Shown: positions 9,530 through 20,288, counted from the stretch's first letter. The stretch: DNA of 64,000 nt from Gemmatimonadaceae bacterium (GCA_051859245.1 JBHYGA010000007.1:93741-157740); one strand, 5' to 3'. The notes: a model not told the origin generated them from the letters alone. Numbers and translations: made by a program.

Positions 9530-11893
9530 CTAGCGCACCGGTTCGGAGCTCCACGACACGAGCATCTGCGTACCGTACGCTGGATCACTCTGCCACGCGA
9601 CCTGTCCGCCAATGAGCGTCGCGCGCTGGCGGATGCTTTCAAGGCCATAACCGCCGCGACCCGGCTTTGCCGGATCAAAGCCACGACCATCGTCTGCAAC
9701 GAGCACTGTTGTTTCGTCGGACGTTTGCGACAGTTCGATTCGCAGCTGTGAGGCATTGGCATGCTTCACCACGTTCGACGTCGCCTCCTGTACAATGCGG
9801 AACAGGTGATCTTCGACGTGTGCGGGTAATGGATTCCACAGTGGTGGGTGCTCCATGGAGACCCTCAGCGCTGTACCCTGCGTCAGCTGCTGCACCAACC
9901 GCTCCAAGCCGGCGGGAAGTTGTTGATGCAACAACTCTTGCGGTCGCAGGGCGCTGACGGCTCGTCGCGCTTCATTCAAGCCATGCACGGCCATGGTCAT
10001 GACGTCTGAAAGAAGCTCGCTGCGCCGGATCTCCATCGGTAGTTGCTTGATCTGCATTTGAATCGCAACGAACGCTTGTGCAATACTGTCGTGTATCTCG
10101 CGCGCCAGCCGATTCCGCTCGGCGAGCACTGCGGTTTGTTCCGCATGACGACGCGTCGTTGCACTCTGCCGATTCAACTCGAGCGTGAGCGCCACCAGTT
10201 GTGTGAGGCTCTGGATGTGCTGACGTTGCGATTCCGTGGGCGCCACGTGCTCCATGAAGACCATGCCGATAAAACCAACGACACGATCACCAACGCAGAG
10301 GACTTGCACCGCATTCGCGGCATGCTGCTCCTGCCTGTGCCATACCAGCGTCGCGGGCAGATAGGCGGCTTCGTCCACCTGTTCACGCAACGATCGCCAG
10401 ACTAGCTGATCGGATGCCCGGAGTCTGCGACTGACTGGTCCGTACATATCAAACCCTTGACGGAACGAGATGGGATCTCGCTCCTCGCCCTCGGGAGAGA
10501 ACCGGCCATCACGGTAGGAACCGACCAAGCGCATGATCCCGTCGTCTTTTTCGGAGCGAAACAGCCAGACGGTGTGCGCGTTTGCGAGTTGCTGAATAGC
10601 GCTCATGCAGGCGCTGAACATGTGCGTCTCATCGCCGGATTCGGCGAGTGCCTGCGTTGCCGCGCGGAGTGAGGCGTTGGCACGCGCCAACTCGGCAACC
10701 TGGGCCTGCTCCGCACGCTGACGTTCCGCTTCAATGAGCATGCGCTGCGCTGAATCGGCGAGCCGGTCCTGATAGATTGCGAGCGCTGCCATGTGGGCCA
10801 ACGCACGAACGTGCGGATAGTCCACGTTGGACGCTTCTTCTCTCGATACGAACAACTGCGACAACACGCCAACGAGCTGATCGCCCGCCATCAGTGGCAA
10901 ATCAATTTCGAAGTGCAGGTGATCACAGTGTCCCCACGGCATCGCCAGGGGGCAGGAGCCGGTGCGCTCCGCCTCAACACGGTCCATACTGACCAGCTGC
11001 TCCCGACCAAGCGCATGCGTCCAGCGTGCCGTGAGTTCGGCGGGCAGCGGTTGAAACCACGGCGCCTCATCGTTGGGCTCCGCCACAAAGAACGGTCCAC
11101 CTTTACTGCCACTGACGACCAGTCGCATCGTGGCATCCGATTCGTCGTACAGAAAGATGCCGCCGGTTGATGATCCGCTGACCACCGACACTTCGCGTAC
11201 GATCGTCTTGAGAAAGTCGAGCAGCGTGGTGCCGGGCATCAACGACTGCGCGACCAATCGCAACGACTCGTTCGCAGCGCCGAGTTCGCGCGACCGTGAT
11301 TGTTCGCGGGATAGAAGATCCCGTTCCATGCGAAGGCGCTGTTCACGCTCCTCCAGCAGCTCGGTCAGCGCGTCGTCGCGCAGCATGGCAGCCGCCACGC
11401 CGTCAGCGGCGGTACGGAGCACGCCGGCAATCGCGGCATCGTAAGCGAACTCTGACGCGAACCCGAGTGATAGCCACGCAATCGTGCGGCCGGAGTGCAC
11501 CACCGGCACGAGGACGTTGGACTTTCGCCCCGCGGCGTCCCAGTGGTAGATGGTCTGAGGATCGCGCAGGTCGGAGCGTTGTGTCCACACGACTTCGCCA
11601 GCCTCGAGCGTCTCGACCCACCGCTTCACGTCGGTGCTGTCGGGAATCGCAAAATCAGCGCGCGGCAACGGCGAGTGCGGATCGCGAGTCCATCGCGACA
11701 TCACGCGCGCTCGACGCGTCGTTCCTTCGAGGCGGCGCCCTAACATGGCCGAATCGGCACCGGCCGCGCTGCCGAGATGGCGCAGCCAGGCGTGAATGCC
11801 CTCGGAAAGACGATTCGATTCGATCAACAACCGCGACGCACGAAGAACCCCTTCAAGCAGTCGAATCAGCAGAGCCCCCTGGAAGCCTTTCAT
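9530..11893 (-). CDS. Soluble multi-GAF histidine kinase (HisKA_3/NarX-type)
   Basis: ERNRLAREIHDSIAQ H-box, QEATSNVVKHA, DDGRGFD, GYGLESIRQR; three GAF-like segments; start uncertain (11893-12043). Confidence 0.88.
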   Translation of the reverse strand: MKGFQGALLIRLLEGVLRASRLLIESNRLSEGIHAWLRHLGSAAGADSAMLGRRLEGTTRRARVMSRWTRDPHSPLPRADFAIPDSTDVKRWVETLEAGEVVWTQRSDLRDPQTIYHWDAAGRKSNVLVPVVHSGRTIAWLSLGFASEFAYDAAIAGVLRTAADGVAAAMLRDDALTELLEEREQRLRMERDLLSREQSRSRELGAANESLRLVAQSLMPGTTLLDFLKTIVREVSVVSGSSTGGIFLYDESDATMRLVVSGSKGGPFFVAEPNDEAPWFQPLPAELTARWTHALGREQLVSMDRVEAERTGSCPLAMPWGHCDHLHFEIDLPLMAGDQLVGVLSQLFVSREEASNVDYPHVRALAHMAALAIYQDRLADSAQRMLIEAERQRAEQAQVAELARANASLRAATQALAESGDETHMFSACMSAIQQLANAHTVWLFRSEKDDGIMRLVGSYRDGRFSPEGEERDPISFRQGFDMYGPVSRRLRASDQLVWRSLREQVDEAAYLPATLVWHRQEQHAANAVQVLCVGDRVVGFIGMVFMEHVAPTESQRQHIQSLTQLVALTLELNRQSATTRRHAEQTAVLAERNRLAREIHDSIAQAFVAIQMQIKQLPMEIRRSELLSDVMTMAVHGLNEARRAVSALRPQELLHQQLPAGLERLVQQLTQGTALRVSMEHPPLWNPLPAHVEDHLFRIVQEATSNVVKHANASQLRIELSQTSDETTVLVADDGRGFDPAKPGRGGYGLESIRQRATLIGGQVAWQSDPAYGTQMLVSWSSEPVR

Positions 11894-12093
11894 CCCCACG
11901 CAGAACATACAAAGCTCAGAACGGGACCGCCTCGCGTCCAGCCTGTCGTTTGTTCTGGTACATACCTCGACCTTCGTCGAGGTGTTGCGGTGCGTGTACC
12001 GCGCCCATGTTATGCGGGGCGCAGCAGTATTGTTGGTGGGCACTCATTCGCGGAACCGCCGGTTCATTTGCCATGCGATTTGACGAAGCGACG

Positions 12094-12732
12094 ATGACGT
12101 CCTCGTTCCGGAAGATTCGGGTGTTGGTCGCCGATGACCACACCATTGTGCGACGTGGCGTGGTGGCCATGTTGGCGCAGTCGAGTGACATCGATATTGC
12201 CGGTGAGGCAGACGACGGTCAGTCGGCGGTCGAGCAGTACGAACTCTTGCGTCCCGATGTCACGCTCATTGATCTGCGCATGCCGCGCCTCGATGGATTT
12301 GGCGTGCTCGACGCACTGCGCACTCGGGATGCTGCGGCCAGGGTGATCGTGTTAACAACGTTCGATACCGACGACGACATTGAGCGCGTCTTGCGCGCCG
12401 GCGCGAAGGCGTATTTGCTGAAAGACGTGTCTTCTGCAGACCTCGTCGCGTGTGTGCGGGCAGTGCATCAGGGACGGCGGTGGTTATCGCAGGACATTGC
12501 GAGTCGTCTGGCCGATCGGATGACGCGTGTCACGCTCACGCCACGCGAGATGACGGTGCTGCGTGAGCTTGCTGATGGAAAAAGCAACAAGCAGATTGCC
12601 GCAGCACTCGGCATCGTTGAAGGCACGGTGAAGCTGCACGTGACGCGAGTGTACGATAAACTCGGGGTGTCGAGTCGCACCGAAGCACTTGGTGTCGCGC
12701 TTCGGCGCGGACTGTTGCGTCTATCGGTGTAG
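12094..12732 (+). CDS. NarL/LuxR-family response regulator
   Basis: VLVADDH, DLRMP, LTTFD, LTPRE..GKSNKQIA HTH; start 12073 or 12094. Confidence 0.92.
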   Translation: MTSSFRKIRVLVADDHTIVRRGVVAMLAQSSDIDIAGEADDGQSAVEQYELLRPDVTLIDLRMPRLDGFGVLDALRTRDAAARVIVLTTFDTDDDIERVLRAGAKAYLLKDVSSADLVACVRAVHQGRRWLSQDIASRLADRMTRVTLTPREMTVLRELADGKSNKQIAAALGIVEGTVKLHVTRVYDKLGVSSRTEALGVALRRGLLRLSV

Positions 12733-12746
12733 CTCTCCTAATCAGG

Positions 12747-13376
12747 CTACAGCGTGATCAAGCCGTAGCGCGCAGCCACTGCCACGGCTTCCGTGCGACT
12801 ACTCACGCCGAGCTTGGCCAGGATCGAGGTCATGTGAAACTTGACGGTGCCTTCGGTGATGCCGGTTGCCACCGCGATCTCGCGATTGCTTCGCCCCAAG
12901 GCCACCAGATTCAGGACACTGAGTTCGCGCTTTGAGAGTTCTGGCTTGCTGAGGCGATCTGCCAGCCGCGCGGCCACAAAGCCGCTCAGATATTTTTCAC
13001 CGCGTGCGGCGCCGCGCACGCACGCCAGGATTTCTGCGGCAGGGGCGTCCTTGAGGAGATACGCCAGCGCACCAGCACGCATGCCGCGATAGATCTCTTC
13101 CTCTCCATCGAACGTCGTGAGAATTACCACATTCGCGTCAGGATCACGCGAACGAATTGTTCTGATTGCTGTCACCCCGTCTACACCTGGCATGCGCAAG
13201 TCCATCAGCGTGACGTCAGGTTGGGTCGCGAAATATTCACGAATCGCGTCATCGCCATTAGCAGCCTCCCCGACCACCACAAAGTTGGCGTCGCCAGCAA
13301 TGATGCCAGCAACGCCAGCCCGAACGATCGGGTGATCATCGCAGATCAGTACGCGAATAGACTCGTGCGCAAGCAT
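12747..13376 (-). CDS. Second NarL/LuxR-family response regulator
   Basis: VLICDDH, MDLRMP, LSKRE..GRSNREIA; RBS GGGAGG before ATG 13376. Confidence 0.92.
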   Translation of the reverse strand: MLAHESIRVLICDDHPIVRAGVAGIIAGDANFVVVGEAANGDDAIREYFATQPDVTLMDLRMPGVDGVTAIRTIRSRDPDANVVILTTFDGEEEIYRGMRAGALAYLLKDAPAAEILACVRGAARGEKYLSGFVAARLADRLSKPELSKRELSVLNLVALGRSNREIAVATGITEGTVKFHMTSILAKLGVSSRTEAVAVAARYGLITL

Positions 13377-13667
13377 GGCGACCTCCCGGCGTGAGCCGAG
13401 TGCACAACCGGCAGTGCACGCCATGGCGGAGGTGCCCGACGTGCGCCCTTTCAATGGTTAACGCTATGCCCAAGGGCATAGTTCGAGCTGGCGAGAGGTG
13501 TCGGCGCGGGGTGCCCATTCGCGACACGCGAATCGCAGCTGCGGAGACCTAACGTAGAACGCGTTGCAACGCGACGCCACGCGTTTGTTGTCCTCAACCC
13601 TCCTGGCCATGCACAACCTCCTCCCCTGCAGCAGTGGAACGTGTCAACCACATCGCGCGATCGCTTT

Positions 13668-14447
13668 ATGACTGACGCGACCGAAGTAGCGGCCGCGAGC
13701 GGTCCGCTTTCCGGCACGCGTCTGGTCGTCTTGGGCGCCGCCGGTGAGATCGGCGAGGGGTTGGTTCGCGAAGCACTCCGTCACGGGGCCGACGTGGTGG
13801 CGGTATCGCGTTCGAGTGAACGCCTGGCGGCATTGGAGGCCAGCCTGCGTACCGCCAATCTCCACAACACGTGGACGCGTCGATTTACGCCGCTGCAAGG
13901 TGGGGTACACAGCGAGGCTGGAGCCGAAGCACTGGCCGCGTTTTTCAGTGAGACGACGCGACGCCCTGTGGCAGTGATCGCGTCGTTGGGAGGATGGCGA
14001 CAAGGTGCGTTTGTCACGGACACCGCGCTCAGTGTGTGGCACGAAGCATTCGAGCAGTCGCTCACGGCGCACATGCTTGCGGCGCGCGCGCTGCTGCCCC
14101 TGATCGCGACTGAAGAGGGTGCCAGCTACACGCTGGTGAATGGTGGCGCGGCGCTTCGTGCGGTGCCCGGTGCGGGTGCAATGTGTGTGTCCGCTGCTGG
14201 TCAACTCATGCTCATGCGGGTACTCAGCGCGGAATACAAGCAGGATCCGGTACGCATCAACACGCTCTTACTCGACACGCCCGTGCGAACGCGGTCGCGT
14301 CTCGTGGGCCCTCCGTCGTGGATCTCCGCATCTGATGCCGGTGCTGCGGGCGCCTATCTCGCGTCGCGCGCCAGCACCCTGCGTGGCGAGGTGCTGGTGC
14401 TTGATCATCCCGATGCGCGCAAGCAGCTCGGTGCACCGTTTGCGTGA
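13668..14447 (+). CDS. SDR-family oxidoreductase (atypical; no obvious YxxxK)
   Basis: GAAGEIG Rossmann motif, VIASLGG, VRINTL. Confidence 0.75.
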   Translation: MTDATEVAAASGPLSGTRLVVLGAAGEIGEGLVREALRHGADVVAVSRSSERLAALEASLRTANLHNTWTRRFTPLQGGVHSEAGAEALAAFFSETTRRPVAVIASLGGWRQGAFVTDTALSVWHEAFEQSLTAHMLAARALLPLIATEEGASYTLVNGGAALRAVPGAGAMCVSAAGQLMLMRVLSAEYKQDPVRINTLLLDTPVRTRSRLVGPPSWISASDAGAAGAYLASRASTLRGEVLVLDHPDARKQLGAPFA

Positions 14448-14554
14448 TAGCGAATCGCGCAACCGAACAATCGGTCAAACCTTTTGCGTGTGAGTCATTA
14501 CATGTCGGTAGCGAGAAACGTCAACGATCGAGCACACTCGTGAGTGATACGTCA

Positions 14555-15001
14555 ATGGACGATCTGGCGATTCGTAATCTGGTCGCGAACTTTGCGCTCG
14601 CGGCCATGCAGCGTGACTACACGCGATTCAGCGATACGTGGGCGCCAGAGGGTGTGTGGCGTATCTCGCCTCCCATCAATGTCGAGTTCTCCTCCCGAGC
14701 CGCGATCGCCGAGGCAATTCCTGGCATGCTCGCGCGATGGCAGTGGTTCATTCAGATCCCGCATTCCGGTGTCATCACGCTCAACGGTGACAAAGCAACT
14801 GGTGAATGGATTATGACGGAGCGCGCCAAACCAGCCGCAGGAAGCGGAGGCCACTTCAATCACGGATTGTACCGCGATGCGTACGTGCGCCATGACGGAC
14901 GCTGGACGTTCGCCGAACGCACCTATCACTACCTCTACATCGACCACAGCGATCCCGCCGGCGAGGGCGGGTTGCTCGGCACGGTTGGGAGCACGTCATG
15001 A
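14555..15001 (+). CDS. SnoaL-like / NTF2 family protein
   Basis: D.LAIRNLV..FA, G.YRD.YVR.DGRW.FAER; ATGA overlap with the next gene. Confidence 0.8.
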   Translation: MDDLAIRNLVANFALAAMQRDYTRFSDTWAPEGVWRISPPINVEFSSRAAIAEAIPGMLARWQWFIQIPHSGVITLNGDKATGEWIMTERAKPAAGSGGHFNHGLYRDAYVRHDGRWTFAERTYHYLYIDHSDPAGEGGLLGTVGSTS

Positions 15002-15852
15002 TTGAGACGCATATGACAGATGCAAACGGCATTCGTTTGCAATATCTGAAAACCGGGAGCGGACCCACGGTCGTATTGCTCCACGGGTGGCCGCAGCATT
15101 CGCATCACTGGCGCCGGATCATGCCGGAATTAGGCGAACACTTTACAGTGATTGCCCCTGATCAACGCGGCGCCGGCGGATCTGCCATTTCCGTTGGCCC
15201 GTACGACAAGAACACACTCGCCGACGACATCATTGCGTTGGTACGCACGCTGAATCTGGGACCTGTTGCTGTGGTGGGCTATGACCACGGCGGCGGGACA
15301 GCGTACGCGATGGCCGCACGATTCCCTGCGGAGGTGTGGGCGCTGGGCATGTTCGAGTACGCGCCAGCCGGATTCGGATACGAAATGGGATTGACCGCTT
15401 CACCGTACAATGAGAACTGGCAACTCGCCTTCTTTACCAACCCCGATGTTGCGACCCGCTTTCTGCAAGGACAGGAGCGCGAGTTGTTGAGCTGGTACTT
15501 CTGGCACTGGAGCTACAACGCCAATGCGATCAGCATGAGCGACTTCGAGCTCTATGTGCGTGAGTTGCAAAAACCAGGCGCGCTACGCGCCGGTTTTTCG
15601 TACTTCGCGTCTGTGTTTCAAGACATGGAGGCGAACAAGATTCTTGGCGCGACAAAACTGACGCAGCCGGTGCTCGCCCTCGGTGGTCGGCGAGGTGCCG
15701 GCGAATACCCGATGATGGCCATGCGCGCGCTCGCCGACCGCGTTGAGGGTGGCGTGGTGGAAGAAGCGGGACACTGGCTCACCGATGAGCAACCGGAGCG
15801 CGTGTCTGCGTGGCTTATCGAGTTTCTGCGCGCGCATCAGCCCCGGCGCTGA
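14998..15852 (+). CDS. Alpha/beta hydrolase (epoxide hydrolase/dehalogenase-like)
   Basis: HGWPQ, APDQRG, GYDHGG (Asp nucleophile), GHWL.DEQP. Confidence 0.88.
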   Translation: MIETHMTDANGIRLQYLKTGSGPTVVLLHGWPQHSHHWRRIMPELGEHFTVIAPDQRGAGGSAISVGPYDKNTLADDIIALVRTLNLGPVAVVGYDHGGGTAYAMAARFPAEVWALGMFEYAPAGFGYEMGLTASPYNENWQLAFFTNPDVATRFLQGQERELLSWYFWHWSYNANAISMSDFELYVRELQKPGALRAGFSYFASVFQDMEANKILGATKLTQPVLALGGRRGAGEYPMMAMRALADRVEGGVVEEAGHWLTDEQPERVSAWLIEFLRAHQPRR

Positions 15853-15882
15853 TCATTCGCATCTTCTCTTTGCACTTAGATC

Positions 15883-16647
15883 ATGACTCAGCGATTAGTG
15901 CTGTGGGCGGCTAACCTCCGCACGAAATCATTCGCGGATCGACTGGATGCTGCGGTCGCCGCTGGCTATCAGGAGATGTCGATATTCCAAATCGATGTGC
16001 AGTCGTTTGGGGAACAAGGTGTCAACGCTCGCGAGCTGCGCACGCGTGCCGCAGATCAAGGAGTTCAGATCTCGGTACTTGATCCATACGCACAATGGGC
16101 GCCCAACACGACGCCGGCAGCTTGCGCGCAGCCGTCAGATCTCGCGTTTGTTGGCTTTCACGAAGTAGAACTGTTCGCCATGGCCGAGGCGCTCCGTGTT
16201 GAGTCCATCAACCTCATCGAAACGTTCGGCAACGCGGTGCCACTCGAAGCAGGCGCCGAGCGGCTCGCGGCATTCGCGGCTCGTGCCTGGTCCAATGGTT
16301 GGCGTACGCAGGTTGAGTTCATGCCGTTCTCCGGCATTCCGGATTTACGATCCGCATGGAATCTTGTGCGTGCGGTGAATCAACCATACGTGGGGCTCAC
16401 GTTTGACACGTGGCACTATTTTCGCGGCACGCCAGACAATGCGTTGCTCGCGGAGATACCAGGCGACCGCATCTTTCAGGTACAACTTGCAGACGCCATG
16501 CACGCGCTCGCCGCGCCAACATTGGTGGAAGATCTTTTGCATCATCGCCTGTTGCCGGGAGAGGGTGAGTTCCCGATCAGAGACGTGGTGCAGACACTCC
16601 TTAGCGACGCGCCCCCGATTCCCGTCCAAAGTTCCACACAAAATTGA
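15883..16647 (+). pseudogene. Sugar-phosphate isomerase/epimerase TIM barrel, probably 3'-truncated
   Basis: VEFMPFS, FDTWH, VQLAD, RLLPGEG. The last beta-strand Glu motif is absent and the final codons overlap the convergent gene by 47 nt. Confidence 0.6.
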
Positions 16648-17515
16648 CCATCGGAAAGCAGCATCCGACGCCGGATCCAGCGGCGCCGATCACGCCAAAA
16701 TCGCTGGACAGTCGCTCGCCAATAAAGCGCACCGCCCCGCTCACCAGCGAAGCGCCATCGGAGCCGCCCGTAAAAACCCAGTTCTCAGTGATGAACTTCA
16801 CGCGCCGACTGACGCGCGTTTCGCCGCCAAGCACGATCACCGGTGCGTTGCTCATGGAGGATTGATTCCCGCCCCACCGGAATCCCCATCCGGCGCCGGC
16901 CGTGAATGCGCGGTCTCTCGTGCCCCATGTGCCCACGCCATATGCCATGCCGAACGTTCCTGCATCGCTCTCGTTCGGCAGCGCAAATGCGAGTGCGCCA
17001 ACGGACACAGCCGAGCGTTCGCGTTGTGAGACGGTGAACTTGGGCGCCACATAAAAGATTTCGCCCATCGCACCGGGAATCACCGGTGTGCCACCTGCAA
17101 TGGTGAATCGATCGGTCACGCCGTATGCGACCATCGGAAAGAACAAGAAGTACGCCGACACGTAGCCCTGACCCGCGCCGAGCGCCCGCCCGGTGCTGGT
17201 GAAGAGCAAACGCGTGTGATTCGGGTCTTCCAGCCAGTATTCACCAGCAACCACGCTGCCCGCGGCGCGTTGTTGGCTCGTGATCTGGTCGGCCGTGAGT
17301 TGCATGCGGGCGCCGGACACGGTGCGCAGCACGAAGGTGTCACCGGCGGTGCGTTCAATGGTGCCATAAAGCACGGATCCGTCGCGCAAACGCACTTCCA
17401 TCACGGATGCAGAGTCGGCGAGCGGCGTGCGACTGGTGTCAGCTTGCGCGGACGCCAGTTGGGTGGCGAATGCGGAGAAAACGACGCTGAGCAACAACAG
17501 AATGCGTTTGGACAT
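16601..17515 (-). CDS. Secreted / outer-membrane beta-rich hypothetical protein
   Basis: Signal peptide, LRDGSVLYG small N-domain, amphipathic beta strands. Confidence 0.7.
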   Translation of the reverse strand: MSKRILLLLSVVFSAFATQLASAQADTSRTPLADSASVMEVRLRDGSVLYGTIERTAGDTFVLRTVSGARMQLTADQITSQQRAAGSVVAGEYWLEDPNHTRLLFTSTGRALGAGQGYVSAYFLFFPMVAYGVTDRFTIAGGTPVIPGAMGEIFYVAPKFTVSQRERSAVSVGALAFALPNESDAGTFGMAYGVGTWGTRDRAFTAGAGWGFRWGGNQSSMSNAPVIVLGGETRVSRRVKFITENWVFTGGSDGASLVSGAVRFIGERLSSDFGVIGAAGSGVGCCFPMVNFVWNFGRESGARR

Positions 17516-17623
17516 GACAGCCTCGCGTGTGGGAGCGGTGACGGGTTGATGTCACGGTACCCAGGCCGCGCAAGCGAGGCGATACGTCAGATAGCGTAGG
17601 AGGTGGGCGTCCGCCTGTCTTCA

Positions 17624-18397
17624 TTACTTACCATCGGGCAACACAAACTTGACCAGCGCCGACAGATCAGCTCCCACCGCATCGGCGGAGACCCCAAGTT
17701 CTTCCTGAGGCGCGCTCGTGCGATTGGCCCAGAACGTTGGGTAGCCGAACCACTTGGCACCGGCAACATCCCAGCCGGCAAACGCGACAAACAGGATGTC
17801 TTCTTTGCGCAAACGCAGCGTGTCGACACCGAGTTGATACGCACGACGATCGGGCTTGTAGGAACGAACTTGATCAGTGCTGATGACCGCTTCAAACAAC
17901 TGGTCGAGTTTGGCGGCGATGAGGCCGTCAGTAAGCACACGTGACGTCATGTTCGACAAAAAGGCCAATCGTACACCGGCGTTTTGCAAGGTGTGGAGCG
18001 ATGCTGCAGCGTCAGGCCACACCTGAAGGTTTGACCACGCGGCCATGAGTTGAACATGCTTTTGAGGAGACGCTTCAAGCCGCAATTGTTTGATCGCAAA
18101 AATCAGACTGTCTCGTGTGGCCTGAAGAAAATTCACGTACTCGCCACCAAGCGCCCGCAGCCACTGATACTCAAACTGGCGAATGCGCCACGCATTCATC
18201 AACGCCTGTCCGTTCCCGGGAAACAACGACTCGGCCAGCGCACCAATGGGCCGTGGATCGAAGATCGGGAAGGCATCAAACGCGATCGCTCTGAAGCGCG
18301 GCTGTCGCACGTCGTGCGCGAACGATACCGTTGGTAGTGCGCCGGCGAGAATGCTACCTGCCGTGAGTCCCAGGAACTGTCGTCGATCCAGTGTCAT
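17624..18397 (-). CDS. Tat-exported haloacid dehalogenase type II-like HAD protein
   Basis: MTLDRRQFLG twin-arginine signal; FDAFPIFD, LSN, YKPD, WDVAGAKWFG. Confidence 0.85.
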   Translation of the reverse strand: MTLDRRQFLGLTAGSILAGALPTVSFAHDVRQPRFRAIAFDAFPIFDPRPIGALAESLFPGNGQALMNAWRIRQFEYQWLRALGGEYVNFLQATRDSLIFAIKQLRLEASPQKHVQLMAAWSNLQVWPDAAASLHTLQNAGVRLAFLSNMTSRVLTDGLIAAKLDQLFEAVISTDQVRSYKPDRRAYQLGVDTLRLRKEDILFVAFAGWDVAGAKWFGYPTFWANRTSAPQEELGVSADAVGADLSALVKFVLPDGK

Positions 18398-18624
18398 TCG
18401 AGCATCCTCATGTCGTGTTGCGCAGGTCAAAGCACAGCCGAGCTGTATGCGCGGTGAGTACACCTGACACGACATGGTGGCGTGTTTGTTCCCTACCTCA
18501 CCGCCTCCCCCACTCGGCGATCACAGTCCGCCGTTGGTCCCACAGGTGTTGCGTCAGCGTGCTACGATACGCTGCGTGCTGCCTGCGAAGAACGCATACC
18601 GAAGGACTTTCATACTGTGACCTC

Positions 18625-19002
18625 ATGACAAGAGATCTCTTGTGGCTTGATAGTAGAGCCGGACTGGCAGTTGGTGCGGGATTGCTCGCACTCAACAGCT
18701 GGCTGAGCCCGTTGTATGGCCTGCCGCGCGAGTTTTTGTGGGTCGTGGGCGTGGCCAACGTGGGTTATGGCCTCTACTCGGGCTGGCTCTTCACTCGGCG
18801 GCCGCGTCCGCGTGGAGCGATTGTGGCGCTGGTGTTGGCCAATGCAGTGTGGGCGCTCGTATGCATGCTGGCCGTATACCACTACGCGCATGTAGCGACG
18901 GTGTTTGGCGTGGCGAGCGTTGCGGGCGAGGGACTGTTTGTGGGAACGCTGGCGGCGCTGGAGTGGCGAGCTCGGGAGCGGTTGGTGATGCGACAGGTGT
19001 AG
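18625..19002 (+). CDS. Four-TM membrane hypothetical protein
   Basis: Four hydrophobic helices, GEGLFV..LA.LEW. Confidence 0.7.
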   Translation: MTRDLLWLDSRAGLAVGAGLLALNSWLSPLYGLPREFLWVVGVANVGYGLYSGWLFTRRPRPRGAIVALVLANAVWALVCMLAVYHYAHVATVFGVASVAGEGLFVGTLAALEWRARERLVMRQV

Positions 19003-19125
19003 GCGTGAGCGCGCACACATGCGCTCGTCTTCTAATGACAACCGGGATTGCACTTCGGATACAACTTCTGGTTGCACTCGTCCCAACCGCGAAACCCAGA
19101 CAAAGCGCCGCTCGTACGCGGGGGC

Positions 19126-20271
19126 ATGACGAGACGAAACAAAATCCTCGGCGGCACCGCGCTGCTCTTCGCCACGGCGTTGCTCACGCTCGCGCTGGTC
19201 CTCAGCTACGACGCGGCTTGCCCGGCTGCCGAAGCGCTGCCTCGTGAACGAACGGCGACAGCGCCGGACACAACAACGGAACGCGCGGCGAAGTCCATGC
19301 AGGCCGCGCGATATCACTGCTATGGCGATCCGCAGGTGATCACATGGGAGACCGTGCCACGCCCCGACATTACCGACAGCGGTGTGCTCGTGCGTGTGCA
19401 CGCTGCAGCCACGAATCCGCTTGACTGGCACTTCATGCGCGGCAAGCCGTACATCATGCGTTTGTCGAGCGGCATCGGTCGCCCGAACGACGAGCGGCTT
19501 GGCGCTGACTTCGCGGGTGTTGTGGAAGCCGTTGGCGCCAGCGTCACGCGCTTTGCACCAGGTGACTCGGTGTTCGGCTCGAGCAGCGGCGCGTTCGGGC
19601 AGTACGTTGTGGTACGTGAAGCAGGATCGATTGCGCGGCTGCCCAATGGTGTAAGTCTCGAGCAAGCAGCGGTCGTAGGCGTTGCGGCAACTACTGCTCT
19701 GCAAGCGGTGCGTGATGTCGGCCAGGTGGCCAGCGGGCAGCGCGTGCTCGTGAACGGTGCGTCGGGCGGCGTTGGTACGTACGCTGTGCAGATTGCAAAA
19801 GCCATGGGCGCGCACGTCACAGGCGTCGCCAGCACTCGCAATGTGGAGCTGGTGCAATCACTCGGCGCTGACACGGTGATTGACTACACGCGCGACGACT
19901 TCACCACACACACCGCGCAATACGATGTGATCATCGACAACGTGGGAAATCACGCGCCATCGGCACTGCGTCGCGTGCTCACCGCGACGGGACGCGTGGT
20001 CATGGTAGGCGGTCCGGATCGCGACCGCTGGCTCGGTCCGATACGATCATTGCTGTACGCGATCGTGTACGGCTGGTTCACCCGGGAGTCATTCAGCGGC
20101 TTGCTCGCCACAACCACTTCCGCAGATCTGTCGTACCTTTCCAGGCTGATGACGGAAGGCAAGCTGCGGTCCATTATTGATCGGCGATTCGAAGCGTCGC
20201 AGCTGCGTGACGCGATTGCGTATCAGGAGGCCGGTCGCTCGCGGGGCAAGAATGTGGTGCTGATTCCCTGA
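19126..20271 (+). CDS. NAD(P)-dependent MDR / quinone oxidoreductase-like protein with N-terminal signal or anchor
   Basis: VRVHAAATNPLDW, NGASGGVG, LGAD.VIDY, GRSRGK. Confidence 0.88.
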   Translation: MTRRNKILGGTALLFATALLTLALVLSYDAACPAAEALPRERTATAPDTTTERAAKSMQAARYHCYGDPQVITWETVPRPDITDSGVLVRVHAAATNPLDWHFMRGKPYIMRLSSGIGRPNDERLGADFAGVVEAVGASVTRFAPGDSVFGSSSGAFGQYVVVREAGSIARLPNGVSLEQAAVVGVAATTALQAVRDVGQVASGQRVLVNGASGGVGTYAVQIAKAMGAHVTGVASTRNVELVQSLGADTVIDYTRDDFTTHTAQYDVIIDNVGNHAPSALRRVLTATGRVVMVGGPDRDRWLGPIRSLLYAIVYGWFTRESFSGLLATTTSADLSYLSRLMTEGKLRSIIDRRFEASQLRDAIAYQEAGRSRGKNVVLIP

Positions 20272-20288
20272 TGCAGAGAGCGGCAGCT

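Noticed and set aside
11296..12072. Long N-terminal extension of the response regulator
   Set aside because: Overlaps the kinase on the opposite strand; the receiver domain begins near 12094.
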